Assembly (NCBI GenBank): GCA_964016885.1
Contig: OZ024755.1
Coordinates: forward strand, 10,726,001-10,790,000
Origin: Eledone cirrhosa
Taxonomy: Eukaryota
Direction of reading: 5' to 3'
Length of the DNA stretch: 64,000 nucleotides
Positions 24,383 through 38,438 of the stretch are shown one piece after another. A model generated the notes under the pieces. That model made no database searches. It worked only from the letters and a program-made list of their open reading frames with translations, and was not told where the DNA came from. The position numbers were made by a program, and so were the translations under genes. Each line of letters begins with the position of its first letter. The first letter of the stretch is position 1.

Positions 24383-24395
24383 TTATATATATATA

Positions 24396-24451
<56 letters not shown>

Positions 24452-24453
24452 TT

Positions 24454-24504
24454 AGTTTCAGAAGATCCCGTTAAGGGTGAAAGCAGCGATTCTTTGCTTA
24501 AACT
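24454..24504 (+). ncRNA. Second identical copy of the variant hammerhead-like motif
   Basis: Same sequence as 24215-24265, ~240 nt downstream, separated by (TA)n/(TG)n. Confidence 0.6.
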
Positions 24505-24520
24505 TTAATCTGTTATTTTA

Positions 24521-24590
<70 letters not shown>

Positions 24591-24903
24591 GTGTGTATGT
24601 GGTGTGTATGTATGTGTATGTATCTATGTGTGTGCGCAAATACATTAAGAGAACACGATATTCAGAGTTAATTATAGTAATAACAGTAGAAAAAGGAAGT
24701 CTTTCTCAGATAATACTACAAGTTGCTCGACTAAGTGGTAACCTCGTACACGGTTAAACGGTTACGAGCATTTGTTCTAATACTTTATGTCCTGTGTTCA
24801 AATCCTGCCACACTTTACTTTACCTTTCATCCTTCCCAGATCAACTAAATATAGAGTAACAGTCAAGTACTGAGGTCCAATTATTCCACTTTCACCCTCG
24901 GCA

Positions 24904-24976
<73 letters not shown>

Positions 24977-25036
24977 AGTATATGAGTCCAGTTCCTCATT
25001 ATAATGAAAAAGTGTATTCATTTTTGGGGACACCCT

Positions 25037-25221
25037 ACATATATATATATATATGTGTGTGTTTATATATATGTATATATATGTGTATATATGTGTATGT
25101 ATATATATATATGTGTATGTATATATATATATGTGTATGTGTATATATATATGTGTATGTATATATATATATATGTGTATGTATATATATATATATGTAT
25201 GTATATATATATATATGTATG

Positions 25222-25284
<63 letters not shown>

Positions 25285-25319
25285 ATATATATATGTATGT
25301 ATATATATATATATATATG

Positions 25320-25362
<43 letters not shown>

Positions 25363-25427
25363 ATATATATATATGTATGTATGTATATATATATATATGT
25401 GTATGTATATATATATATATTTGTATG

Positions 25428-25461
<34 letters not shown>

Positions 25462-25961
25462 TATATCGCCAAACTGTAATGAGGAATATCGTTTGTTAGA
25501 TTGGAGGATTATTCTTACAAAATGTCATTGAGTGGTTTCTTAATAAGTAAATAGAGAACTTGAAATATCGTTTCCACATCTTAGTTTTCAATATTTCATG
25601 AAAAAGAAAGAGTTTAGAGTGTCAAAGGTACATTGCTAATATGTGTCAAATATATATATATATATATATATATACAGACACACACATATATATATACATA
25701 TATATATATATACATATATATACATATATATGTATATATATATATACATATATATATGTATATACATATATATACATATATATATGTATATATTTATTCA
25801 TACATATATACACATATATATATACATATATATATGTATATATATACATATATATATGTATATATATGTATATATATATATGCATATATATATACATAAA
25901 TATATACACATATATATAAATATACATATATACATACACACACACACATATATATGTATAT

Positions 25962-25992
<31 letters not shown>

Positions 25993-26081
25993 ATTCTTTA
26001 CTTTGCTACCGGTTTTAGTCACGAGACTGAAGACATGTTGAACCACTTTAAACACGCACACACACACACACACACACACAT

Positions 26082-26171
<90 letters not shown>

Positions 26172-26186
26172 ATATATATATATATA
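25037..26186. repeat. Two compound TA microsatellite blocks of opposite polarity (TATG-type then CATA-type)
   Basis: 25037-25466 is TATG-rich; 25650-26186 is CATA/CA-rich. Confidence 0.9.
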
Positions 26187-26521
26187 AATGTATATACATG
26201 TTGATACACATTTCTATAATAACTGTATAATTAAAAGTGTATACAAGTAGCAATATATATCATTATTGAGGAAGATAATTGATTCTGTACTTTACACTGA
26301 TATTTGTAAGAACATTACACCAGTCTTCATCTCATCATTAACAACACTATCATGTTATTCTTATAGAAGAAGCTTTGGGCTGTTCCATCCAACATATTGT
26401 TACATATCAACCTAATGGTTTTTTTTTCATTTCCTTTCGCTAATCGTACTTGTGCAATGGAATACAAACACACACACACACACACATATATATTTATACA
26501 CATATATATATGCTCACACAC

Positions 26522-26580
<59 letters not shown>

Positions 26581-27329
26581 GAGAGAGAGAGATGCGTGCA
26601 TATATGTGTGTGTATATATATATATCGAGAGAGAGCGAAAGATGCGTGTGTATATATATATATATGCGTGTGTGTATGCTTAACCCGTTAAGTAACGTAT
26701 CAAACACAAATTCTATAATGTGAAAGATAGTTTTTTAACTAGATACATCCAAATGCTAGATTATTTTGAAAATTCTTTGAAAATCATATGCTATGTTTCT
26801 CTAGTATTATTGTAACGGAAGGGCAAATACATTTTGCCTACCTTCATCTTAATAACTGATCATTTTTAATTTAGGTGCAAAGACATAGCTGCAAACACAA
26901 CTGTACTTTACTGCTGTCATATCTTATCACCCGGGTAGACTAGATTAGATAAATTAAGCATCAGCGTGATTTGAACTCTGAAAGGAAAGAGTCGTAGGTA
27001 GATGCCTCGAAGCAATTGTTTCGATGCTCAACTGATTCTCAAAATCTACTAGCTCTCCTAAATTTACTAATTATATTGTTCAAACTAGTCTGTCAAATTC
27101 TATTCAAGCAGATGATAATGACACCTTAAATATCACTTATTATTATCCGAGCTGATCTTCGTGTTTCGGCTCCATATAACCATAAAATAGATAATCTTAA
27201 AACGAGTTAGCAAGCAACGTATTCATTATGTTGTCATTCGTTTTGTTAGAAAAACAGCAAACACCTCTCTTTTAAATTACATAGTTGAAATTCAACAAAG
27301 GCATAGCTTAAGTTTTGGCCACACTTGGC

Positions 27330-27675
27330 GCTCGGTAACCAAATTGATTCCCTCTTCTTTAAAACTAACATACCTTCAACGACAGCAAACACTACTACCC
27401 AGACCAACAACCTCTCCCAAACCCCAAGTTGCTACTATAAATGACCACCCTCTGTGATTGGTAGCCAAATTAGTTGAACCCCTTCCTTAAACCTAACATT
27501 CCTTTAACGACAGTGCGTACAATTGCTCAGACCAACATCCCACCACCTCAACGCACCCTAAATGGCCACCCACTGCTGTCGGTAACTAAATTATTTGTTC
27601 CCTTTTTGAAACGTGACATACTTTCAACTACAGCAAAACCAAATTTCCAGACCAACAACCTCTCTCCAATCCCAT
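27330..27675. repeat. Diverged ~124-bp tandem repeat, ~3 copies
   Basis: ggta(a/g)c(c/t)aaatt at 27334, 27460 and 27581, each followed by ...aacgacag/aactacag...cagaccaaca. Confidence 0.8.
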
Positions 27676-28887
27676 GAAGCCACCCTGTGCAGTCTGCACA
27701 CCATATGATATGCCACTGCTTTTGATTATATTCTGAATTATTTGAAAATTATAGGCAGTTCCTTTCATTAGTAACATGATAAGGAAAAGGTTAATATGGT
27801 GAGCCCACTGTAAGTAGTTTGAAATATGTTGAAGCAAGGAGTCAGTTGATACATCTGGTTACAGAGAGTGTTATGTTACTAAATATTTATATAGATGTGT
27901 GTGTATATATGGAATGGTGTAAAGCTCTGACAGTTGCTCCAATACTACCATCCTACGGAAATTGTTACAGAAACATAAGTAACATCATCATCTTCGTCAT
28001 CATTGTTTTCAACATCACCCTCATCAAGGCTCTCTCTGTAAGATAGATGCTACTGAAAACGAGGTACCACCATCATCACCCTCATCATAATTTCATTCTT
28101 ACCTTCATCAGCAACATCACCTTCATTTAAGCTACCTTCGAATGAAAGTTATTCCTACAGAAGTACTAATCTCTTTATCATCATCATCACCATCATTCAT
28201 CGCTATATTTATCCCCCATCATCACAATAATCATCACCATTCTCTCCCATTAAACTCAAGTACCTTTACCATCATCACGCCCTTCATCATGTTTGCTCTC
28301 ATCACTATCATCACCATCATCATCAGTAGTACCAACATCACTACGATGTAGGCACCCTCGTACGAAAGTTGTTACTTGAACCGGAGTACCAATAGTATTA
28401 TTGTCAGAATCATCACTATTATCATCATCGTCATCATCATCATCATTATTCATCAACACCATTATCAAGCCCATATACTCTAGCTTCGTACAGAAATTGT
28501 TACTGAAAGAGAAACAGCAGCATCATTATCCTCATCACAAATACCATCACTCTTTTCATCATCTTTATCATCATCACACTCATTACCATTATCAACTCAC
28601 CAACTCATCACTATCACCAACAAAATCTAGCCTACATTCGTTCGAATGTTGTTACTCAAACAGAAGTACCCCTATTATCATCATCGTTAACAACAAATAG
28701 ATTAATCCCAAAACAGACCGTCTACGTGGTTGCTCCAAATGTTAAACATACCAGCTAAATTTCCTTCAAGTTGAACTTTATCGTCTTATCTACGAAGGAA
28801 GTTTTATATATGAGTGTGCACGTTTATGTACATGGGGTTGTGTTTGGAAGTCGTATATAAGAACACACACACACACACACACATACA

Positions 28888-28959
<72 letters not shown>

Positions 28960-28961
<2 letters not shown>

Positions 28962-29168
28962 ACGAAGGAGGTGTGGTAAGGAACCAGATGGACCATAACG
29001 CACCAGAGTACTCAATAGTTAGGGTAGTAGAGTGGGTAACTATATATATATATATATTTATTTATTTATTAAAATAAAAGATTGAGGTTTAATCAAAGAA
29101 TCGCTACTTTCCCCCTTAACGGGATCTTCTGAATTTAGTCTTCGGATTTTAGACTTCACGTTTATTAT

Positions 29169-29172
<4 letters not shown>
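28960..29172 (-). mobile_element. Family B element (degenerate hammerhead-like) next to the shared 80-bp tail
   Basis: 28960-29040 is nearly identical to 15722-15802. 29057-29172 contains aagaatcgctactttcccccttaacgggatcttctgaa. Confidence 0.7.
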
Positions 29173-29216
<44 letters not shown>

Positions 29217-29453
29217 TGGTGTACTCAGGGTTGGTATCCAGTTTCGGGGTGAAAATCCAATTAGAAAATCCAACGAATTTTGAGAGGTCCACGTAAGCGT
29301 TGATGCTATGTAAAAGATAGCATCAGCATCAATAGACATTACAACAGTAAGTAGAGCTATACCAACAGCTATTACAACAGTAAATACAGCTATAGAGAAG
29401 ATGGCAACAGCACCTGTAGATATGTTGTCTTCCTTTTTCTTCTACAACTACAA

Positions 29454-29493
29454 TGGTACGCGATGGGGCCCACCCACAGCCCCGGCGGACAGA
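29454..29493 (-). mobile_element. 40-bp fragment of the CRE-like element at 463-779
   Basis: tggtacgcgatggggcccacccacagccccggcggacagaa is the reverse complement of ~730-770 with 1 mismatch. Confidence 0.8.
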
Positions 29494-29979
29494 AAAGGGC
29501 TCATATACAGTTTAGAGATTACGAAAAATATTTGAAAGTACTATTTGCCAAGTCAAATGTTCAGCTTGTGTTTTCACAATGTGTCTGACTCCGCCACAAA
29601 CACAAAAAAGACAAGACCACACTAACAGTAGATGGAGAGAACAGATCATAAAGAGATCCATCATATATAGTCTGTACTAGTAATCCAGTGTTGTGAATGC
29701 AATGCCCAATTCCTCCCAGTGTTTGATGTGCTCCTTTTTAAGGGAAACGTTTTTTGTTCTTATTCCATTCTTCTATATAGTTATTGCTATTTATTGCTAT
29801 CGATTCCTTTATGGGGTTTTATTTATATAATTGATTTAAACGTTTGTTACACCATGTAAATACTCAATGGTGTTCGTTTGATCTTTTCTCTTTTCTTTCA
29901 TCGTTTGTACTGATCCCAATGTCATGGGATCGTTTGTCCAATAAAAGCAGTTTTTATTATTATTATTATCACCATCGTT

Positions 29980-30392
29980 GGGCAGTGGATTGACAGAATC
30001 GGTAGAGAGTCGGACGCCATGCTTTGCAGCATATAGTTACGGCCCTTTGTAGTCTAGGTTCAAATCCCGCTGAGGTTAACTTTGCCTTTCATCCTTACAG
30101 GGTCGGTAAAATAAAGTACCAGTAACGCCCTGGGGTCAATTTTCCCCTCCCAGCAAAATTGTTGGCCTTGTGCCTAAAATTAGAAACCATTACTATTATT
30201 TCAGTATCGGTAGAGCGTCGGACAACATTGTTTACGGCATTTTGTTACGTCCCTTTAGGTTATGAGTTCGAATCCCTCCGAGGTTACCTTTGCCTTTCCT
30301 CCTTACGGGATCGTTGAAATATAGTACTAGTACCACAAAGGGGTCAATTTATTCGACTTTGCTCTTCCTCCAAATTGTTGGACTTGTGCCAT
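29980..30392 (+). mobile_element. Two tandem SINE family A copies (29980-30199 full; 30203-30392 diverged)
   Basis: Head, body and tail motifs occur twice. Confidence 0.88.
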
Positions 30393-30702
30393 TATTATCA
30401 TTATTATGATAATCATCATCATAATCATAATTATAAATGATGTATCGTCTTCTAATTACACTGTTGCTAGATTAGTTTAATAGCACAATATAAGCGTAGC
30501 CGTGTAAAATGCTCCCACGTGTGTAATCCGAGAGGGAAAATGCAATTGATTCAGGCAGACGACAGTTACGTAATAGGTTTAAATCGTTCTATCGACCGAC
30601 AGACCAGTTATTTTCTTTCACTCTGTCTTTAATGTTTATTCATTTACTTCAATCATCTACTTTTCTGTTTTCTATTTGTATTATTTCTATTCTATAGCTG
30701 TC

Positions 30703-30779
<77 letters not shown>

Positions 30780-31200
30780 AGTATATATATATATATGTGT
30801 GTATATATGGATATATGTATATATATGTTATCTTCTTATCATCCAGTGTTAATCCCTCATCCAACAACTTCCTATAATACACCATCCCCCATATTATCCT
30901 GTCACCAGCGTTTCCCACCTCACCACATCAAACGTCATTCTTTAATATTGGGTGGCCGCCAGTGCTAGTCAGACTTATATCTATAATCATCGAAAGGGAA
31001 TAAAAGAAGCCAGTATTAGAATAAGAACTAGTTTTGTGTATAGATATGTATGTAATTAAGATATATGTATGCATGTACTTACACACACAGTATCTATATA
31101 TATGTGCATATACAATATAGTTACAGATGTGTATGTTTGTGTGTGAGCGTGTGTGTAGACATATAATATATATATATAGAGAGAGAGAGAGGGAGAGGGG

Positions 31201-31245
<45 letters not shown>

Positions 31246-31740
31246 CACACAAAACCAATACGTAATTACACATGCATAATCACTTAAAAGAAAAGAATTC
31301 CGACACACATGTGAAAATATATACATACACACACACGCACACACACACACCAGCAATATAAGATTCAGCCCAGCACGTGTACGCACACACATGCACAGAA
31401 ACAGGAGCAGTAAGGCATACTTACGAATTTCATCCCACCGGCACCCACACAATCTCACATAATCCCACAGATGACACACCTAGACACTCCACTTCGGAGC
31501 CCCCCTCCCGAATGCCGGACCACTCGCCTATCTCCCCCAACCTTCTTGACAACTTTCTCCAAACTTTCTTGTACCTACCTGTTCTCACCCTATCCGAAAT
31601 CTCCACTACCCGACGAAGCACCCAACCCTCCTCTGATTTCTCCTAAGCGTGATGCTAATAAGAAATTGTATTTTTGCATCCCTGTGTTTGTTGTGTTTTA
31701 TTTTTACAACTATATATATATATACATATATGCATGTATG

Positions 31741-31813
<73 letters not shown>

Positions 31814-32418
31814 CAGTTGTACAGTTGTGTATTTTGTGTATGTGCAAATGCCCCCACACATACACTATCACACATATACATAAATACATATATATTTACA
31901 TGCAACAGTCCCAAACATGTGGGTATAAGTGCGTCTGTGTGTGTGTGTAAGGCCGGTCCCACATCAGAGTGGAAATCAGGTTATCAGCGTGCTGCATTTT
32001 ATATTGATTTATTAGTATAGTTACTATAAATATATCCACTGCAGACACACACACATATATATACATAGCATCATAGACAGTCACACATGCCACGTACACA
32101 AACAGCCCACACCCACATATGCATCACATGATAGACAGGCACAAATACACACCCATATAGCGAAAGTAACTCACACACATATACACACAAACACAGCGAC
32201 ACTGACACAGACACATTGCGACACTGCCACACAATAACTAACACACATTACTCATACACTCACGTAGATACAAAGAGACGTATACGAACAGAGAAATAGG
32301 CACAAATTCACAGACATCTACATTATGTGTGTACTATATGATGGTCGAAACTGTACAGTTTTAATCTCTCTCTCTCTGTATATATGTATATATACATATA
32401 TATATATATCTTTCTCGC

Positions 32419-32496
<78 letters not shown>

Positions 32497-33434
32497 GAGA
32501 GAGTGAGTGAGTTAGAAATAGACAGATAGACAGATGAATAGATAGAGAGTTAAAAAAGTAGGCAGATAGATAGATAGATATAGATATAGATATATTCAAA
32601 ATATTCCTCGAACAACAGGACCGGTTGTCTTATCTTTCGTAACATATTAACATTAAAATGAGTTTTAATTTGTTCGGTTGGCCATTGGACGTAACGAAGT
32701 TGCATAGATACGAAATACGAAATTCGGTTTACAATCCTGAAGACCCTTGTTGGGTACGTGGCATGACTTCGCAGCTACAGATTAAGACAAGCATTGTGAA
32801 CACTTTTTTATAGACGAAAACTGTTTAGACGTTTTGTCGAAACGTCTGTGCCTGTAATTCAAAGGACCAGACTTCTCATACATTCTGTCATGAGTAATTT
32901 CTCTAACAATTGCAATAAATATAAAAGTTTTGATAGAATGCACAGCTAGTTAAATTTTAATTTAAAATGAATTGTATTTGTAATGCAAAGCACTAGCTTT
33001 CCCAAATGATATTTTACGTTAAATCTCTGTGAAAATCATTTGACAAGGAGACGTGCTTGTATGAAAACTCAGCCACATGCATGCTAATTTCATGAAGAAG
33101 ACTTTTCACTGATCAAACAAATAGAATATACATCGTCAAAACTGACGTAGATCCATTCCATTCCACTTCAGAGTTTATAGATTAGAAATCCTAATTGTAA
33201 TGGAGTCGAATTAATGGATTGTATGAAAACTATCATCTTTCTGCCCTTGTCCCAATTTCAAAAATAATTATTTGGTCACTGTTTAATGTAGATTTAAGAA
33301 GTTATTTTGAATAAATGGAAATAAAATGTAATCAATATAAGACGTTACTTAAGACGGATCATCCACTAATGGAACCAAATTGGAAGGAACTGAAAATATT
33401 TATTACAGCATATATATATAAACATACTTGTGTG

Positions 33435-33477
<43 letters not shown>

Positions 33478-34023
33478 TACGAGAGATAGCTAAATAGATA
33501 GATACCCAGATACGAATATGTCTATGTACGTGTATGTGTGTATTCTTATACATGAATGCGCATACACACACACATATATATATATATGTATATATACATA
33601 TATATATAGAGAGAGAGAGAGCGAGGAGCGAGCGAGTTGCACATATATTCTATATATTTAGGTTGATGTGTACACGAGATTCACTGAATCCAATGGTTAA
33701 TTAATCCAGTATATGTGAGACAATACATACAGAAAATATTGCGTGAGCCTGTGTGTGTGTGTATGGGGATGGTATCTGTGTGAGAGTGCCTTCTTCATCA
33801 ATGTGTTTATTCAAAGATATTAAATGTGTTTATTCAAAGATATTAAATGTATGGTCGTCACTTTCAGCAGAATGTGAAACGGTGATACTATGCAGATATA
33901 ACCAGAAAAGAATTCTAAATGAAACCTAGGCTTTCGCTTAATTTTGTTTATACTATATATTTACACATACCTATACACTCCCACACACACTCACACACTA
34001 ATACACATATCTCTCTGTCACTC

Positions 34024-34064
<41 letters not shown>

Positions 34065-34111
34065 TGTGGTATATCTCTATATACCCATCCTCCTATTTCT
34101 CTCCCTCTCTC

Positions 34112-34151
<40 letters not shown>

Positions 34152-34589
34152 TGTGTGTGTCTGTGTGTGTCTGTGCGATGACGTACGCCCGGGTCCTTTT
34201 GTATGCATGTCTTACATTTGTCATTAATGGATAAAATTTCAAGAATGCACAGCCTCGCTTTGACAACTGAATTTGTTGTTTTTGATATTTCATTGGTTTT
34301 CTCATCCGTTTTTCCTATTTTTCTTTCTTTGTATTTTGTTCTTTACGTTTTACCTATTCTAGAAGCGCTAACATCTCAAGGTTACTCTAGCGACATTCGG
34401 TTACTTGGTTACGTAACAAAGAGAGCTAATGAAACGAAGCTATGATCTAAATTTACAATCAGGGTACATTAGCAAGAGGGTATTCTGCAATACTGAAAAT
34501 CTGTTATTCTGCTATACTCTTTTCTATCCAATACTGACTGCTGATGGAATATAATCAATGTTTTGTTATATGGTTTCATATAATGATAT

Positions 34590-34845
34590 TAATAATGGTT
34601 TCATATTTAGGCACAAGGCCAGCAATTTTGGAGGAAGGAAAAGTCGATTAAATCGACCCCAGTGCGTGTCTGGTACTTTATTTTATCCACCCCGTAAGGA
34701 TGAAAAGCAAAGCTAACCTCGCCGGGATTTGAACCCAGAACGTAAATGGCCGTAACTTTATGCTACAAAGCATGTTATCCGATGCTCTAAATAACATTAA
34801 TTGTTTTTAATGTTGGCACAAGGCCAGCAATTATCCCAGTGCATT
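34590..34845 (-). mobile_element. SINE family A (long-tail) plus adjacent tail fragment
   Basis: Reverse-complement body; a second ggcacaaggccagcaatt at ~34815. Confidence 0.85.
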
Positions 34846-34933
34846 ATGTATATGTATAGCTGTGTGTTGTGTGTATATATATTATATATATGTATATATA
34901 TTATATATATGTATATATATATTCACACATACT

Positions 34934-34982
<49 letters not shown>

Positions 34983-35148
34983 CTATAAAAGTGTTTATGT
35001 ATGTATATTGATATACATATTAATGCGAATATAATATGACAAATATTTATTTTTAAAAAACGCGAAGCTTGTATTGTTCAGCTTCGTGTCGCGGATATAA
35101 AATAATGATTTCTAGTATAGGCAAAATGCCAGCAATTTTGGGGAAGGG

Positions 35149-35150
<2 letters not shown>

Positions 35151-35186
<36 letters not shown>

Positions 35187-35189
35187 TAT

Positions 35190-35240
<51 letters not shown>

Positions 35241-35276
35241 TATATAAAATAAATATAAAATATATATATAAAATAT

Positions 35277-35329
<53 letters not shown>

Positions 35330-35363
35330 TATATGAAATATATATAAAATATATATATAAAAT

Positions 35364-35397
<34 letters not shown>

Positions 35398-35438
35398 ATA
35401 TATATATATAAAATATATATAAAATATATATATAAAAT

Positions 35439-35489
<51 letters not shown>

Positions 35490-35959
35490 TATATAAAATA
35501 TATATAAAATATATATATAAAATATATATATATATAATATATGTATATATAATATATATATATAATATATATATATTATATATATATTATATATTATATA
35601 TATATTATATTATATATATATATATTTTATATATATATTTTATATATATATTATATATATATAATATATATATATATTATATTTTATATAAAATATATAA
35701 AATATAATATATATATATAATATATATATATTATATATTATATATATATATTATATATATATATATATTATATATATATTATATATATATTATATATATA
35801 TATTATATATATATATATTATATATATATTATATATTATATATATATTATATATATATTATATATTATATATATATTATATATTATATATTACATATATA
35901 TTATATATTATATATATATTATATATATATTATATTATATATATATATTATATATATAT

Positions 35960-35990
<31 letters not shown>

Positions 35991-36037
35991 ATATATATAT
36001 TATATATATATATATTATATATATATTATATATATAT

Positions 36038-36068
<31 letters not shown>

Positions 36069-36432
36069 ATATATATATATATTATATATATATTATATAT
36101 ATATTATATATATATATATTATATATATATTATATATATATTATATATATATATATTATATATATATTATATATATATTATATATATATATATATTATAT
36201 ATTTATTATATATATATTATATATATATATATTATATATATTTTATATATATATATATATTATATATATATTATATATTATATATATATTATATATTATA
36301 TATATATTATATATATATATATTATATATATATTATATATATATATATTATATATATATTATATATTATATATATATTATATATTATATATATATTATAT
36401 ATATATTATATATATATATATAATATATATTT
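35151..36432. repeat. ~1.3-kb almost pure AT array
   Basis: Only a handful of G/C bases; AA-interrupted units on the left, TT-interrupted units on the right. Confidence 0.95.
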
Positions 36433-36605
36433 ATTAAAATAACAGATTAAAGAACCGCTGCTTTCATCCTGAACGGGATCTTCTGAAACTAATCTGTTAT
36501 TTTAATAAATATTTTTTTTTTTTATATATATTTATATATTTGATATATATTTATCCTTATCGAGCCCTCTTTGGATTTTAGTATTCAAATGTATTATTAT
36601 TACTA
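36431..36605 (-). mobile_element. Family B element with deletion across the predicted cleavage site
   Basis: Reverse complement reads aaataacagattagtttCAGAAGAtcccgttcaggatGAAAgcagcggttctttaatctgttatttt; lacks gcttaaacttt. Confidence 0.75.
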
Positions 36606-36606
36606 T

Positions 36607-36676
<70 letters not shown>

Positions 36677-36834
36677 ATATCTATATATATATTATATTTG
36701 TTACTCTAAATATAAATTATAGATTTAAAGAATTAGCTTTTAATGAATTCCCTTTTCTATCAACCAATTACCTCTACCCAACCCACTTCCAACCCTCTCC
36801 TACCTATAAATACCATATTTATTTTTTGATACCC

Positions 36835-36885
36835 AGATTCCTGATGATTTCTAAAGAATGAAACAATTCTAGTCCTGTAGAATCT
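36835..36885 (+). ncRNA. Type I hammerhead ribozyme, canonical core, within a Penelope-like pseudo-LTR remnant (~36695-36902)
   Basis: AGATTC | CTGATGA | T TTC TAAA GAA T | GAAA | CA ATTCTAGTCC TG | TA | GAATCT: 6-bp stem I and GUA triplet (cut after 36879). TATAAATA lies upstream at ~36805, ATTAAA downstream, and (TA)n on both sides. Confidence 0.75.
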
Positions 36886-37006
36886 CATCTATATTAAATA
36901 CTATATATATATTATATATATATTATATATATATTATATATATATTATATATATAATATATATATTATATATATATATATATATTGTATATTATATATAT
37001 ATATAT

Positions 37007-37039
<33 letters not shown>

Positions 37040-37627
37040 ATATATATATATATACACACATGCACACACAGGCACACACATTCACACACTCATATATATA
37101 TATATTTATGAGTGTGTGAATGAGGGTGTGAATGATATGAAGTATCAAATTACTATGGGATCAATCAAATTGTCATCCAATTTCCAATCGAAAGGGTTTC
37201 GATTCTCTAAAGTGCCAGTTAAATATTTATGTACATTAAATCAAGCAAATGCTACCCATGAAAAGCATCTTGAGTTGTATATCTTTAGGATTATTTATTT
37301 ATGAAACAATATATGTATACATTTATTTATTGTCCAGTCGTTTTTACAGGGTAATATTAACACTTTTGTGGCCATATTCTAAAGAAATACACTGTATTTC
37401 AAATGTTTAATGACGAATTCCAAAGGATGTCTTAAACTGATTATTTCATTATTTAAAATTGAATTTGAAACACATATCGGAAAAGTTTAGTTTAAATAGG
37501 AACAACTTAAAATGTGGTGTTTTGAGCCGGTTCTCGCCTGGTTGGTATCGAAAGAGTAGTTTTCTGACGTGCTAAGTCTCAGAATGTCAGAAGTCATGCT
37601 CAGTGCTGATGATGGGTTTTTTTTGTT

Positions 37628-37659
<32 letters not shown>

Positions 37660-37857
37660 TGTAGTGGGGGTAGTAGTAGTAGTTGTAGTATTGGTAGTGT
37701 GGGTAATAGTAGTAACAGCAACAGAGGAGTACATCATTTATATTTTACAATCTTAACCATAAGCCTTGAAGCTAATAACTATATATTTGTATCCCACCAT
37801 GTGAATGCGTTATATCTAACAATCTATCTACACACACATACATACACACACGCACAC

Positions 37858-37901
<44 letters not shown>

Positions 37902-38221
37902 CTGTGGCCATGCAGATACTTACTTAGTCTCTGAAATGAAAAGACACTCATTAAATATAATACCTGATCAAAATTACATTTTAACGTAGAGAAAGCTTTA
38001 CGTATAGTTTCTTAACTTCTAATGCTGTTCAATTAACATTCAACGTCAAAATACAAATGTAGTTACCATTAATAATAATAATAATAATAGTTTACGTTTC
38101 GAAGAGAAATATTCAACTACAGAGAAACCCAGTTCTGTAAACTTATCTTATGTTCACTAAGCACCATAATTACCAAGATAGGAATCATTTGTATGTTCGT
38201 ATGTAAATATGCGTCTAGTGG

Positions 38222-38389
38222 TGTGTATATATATATATGTATATATATATATATGTATGTATGTATGTATATATATATGTGTATATGTATGTGTATATGT
38301 ATATATATATATATATGTGTATGTATATGTGTATATATGTATATATATATATGTGTATGTATATGTGTATATATGTATATATATATATA

Positions 38390-38438
<49 letters not shown>

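Noticed and set aside
32736-32760. CTGAAGA-CCC-TTGTT-GGG motif
   Set aside because: No GAAA after stem II and no stem III
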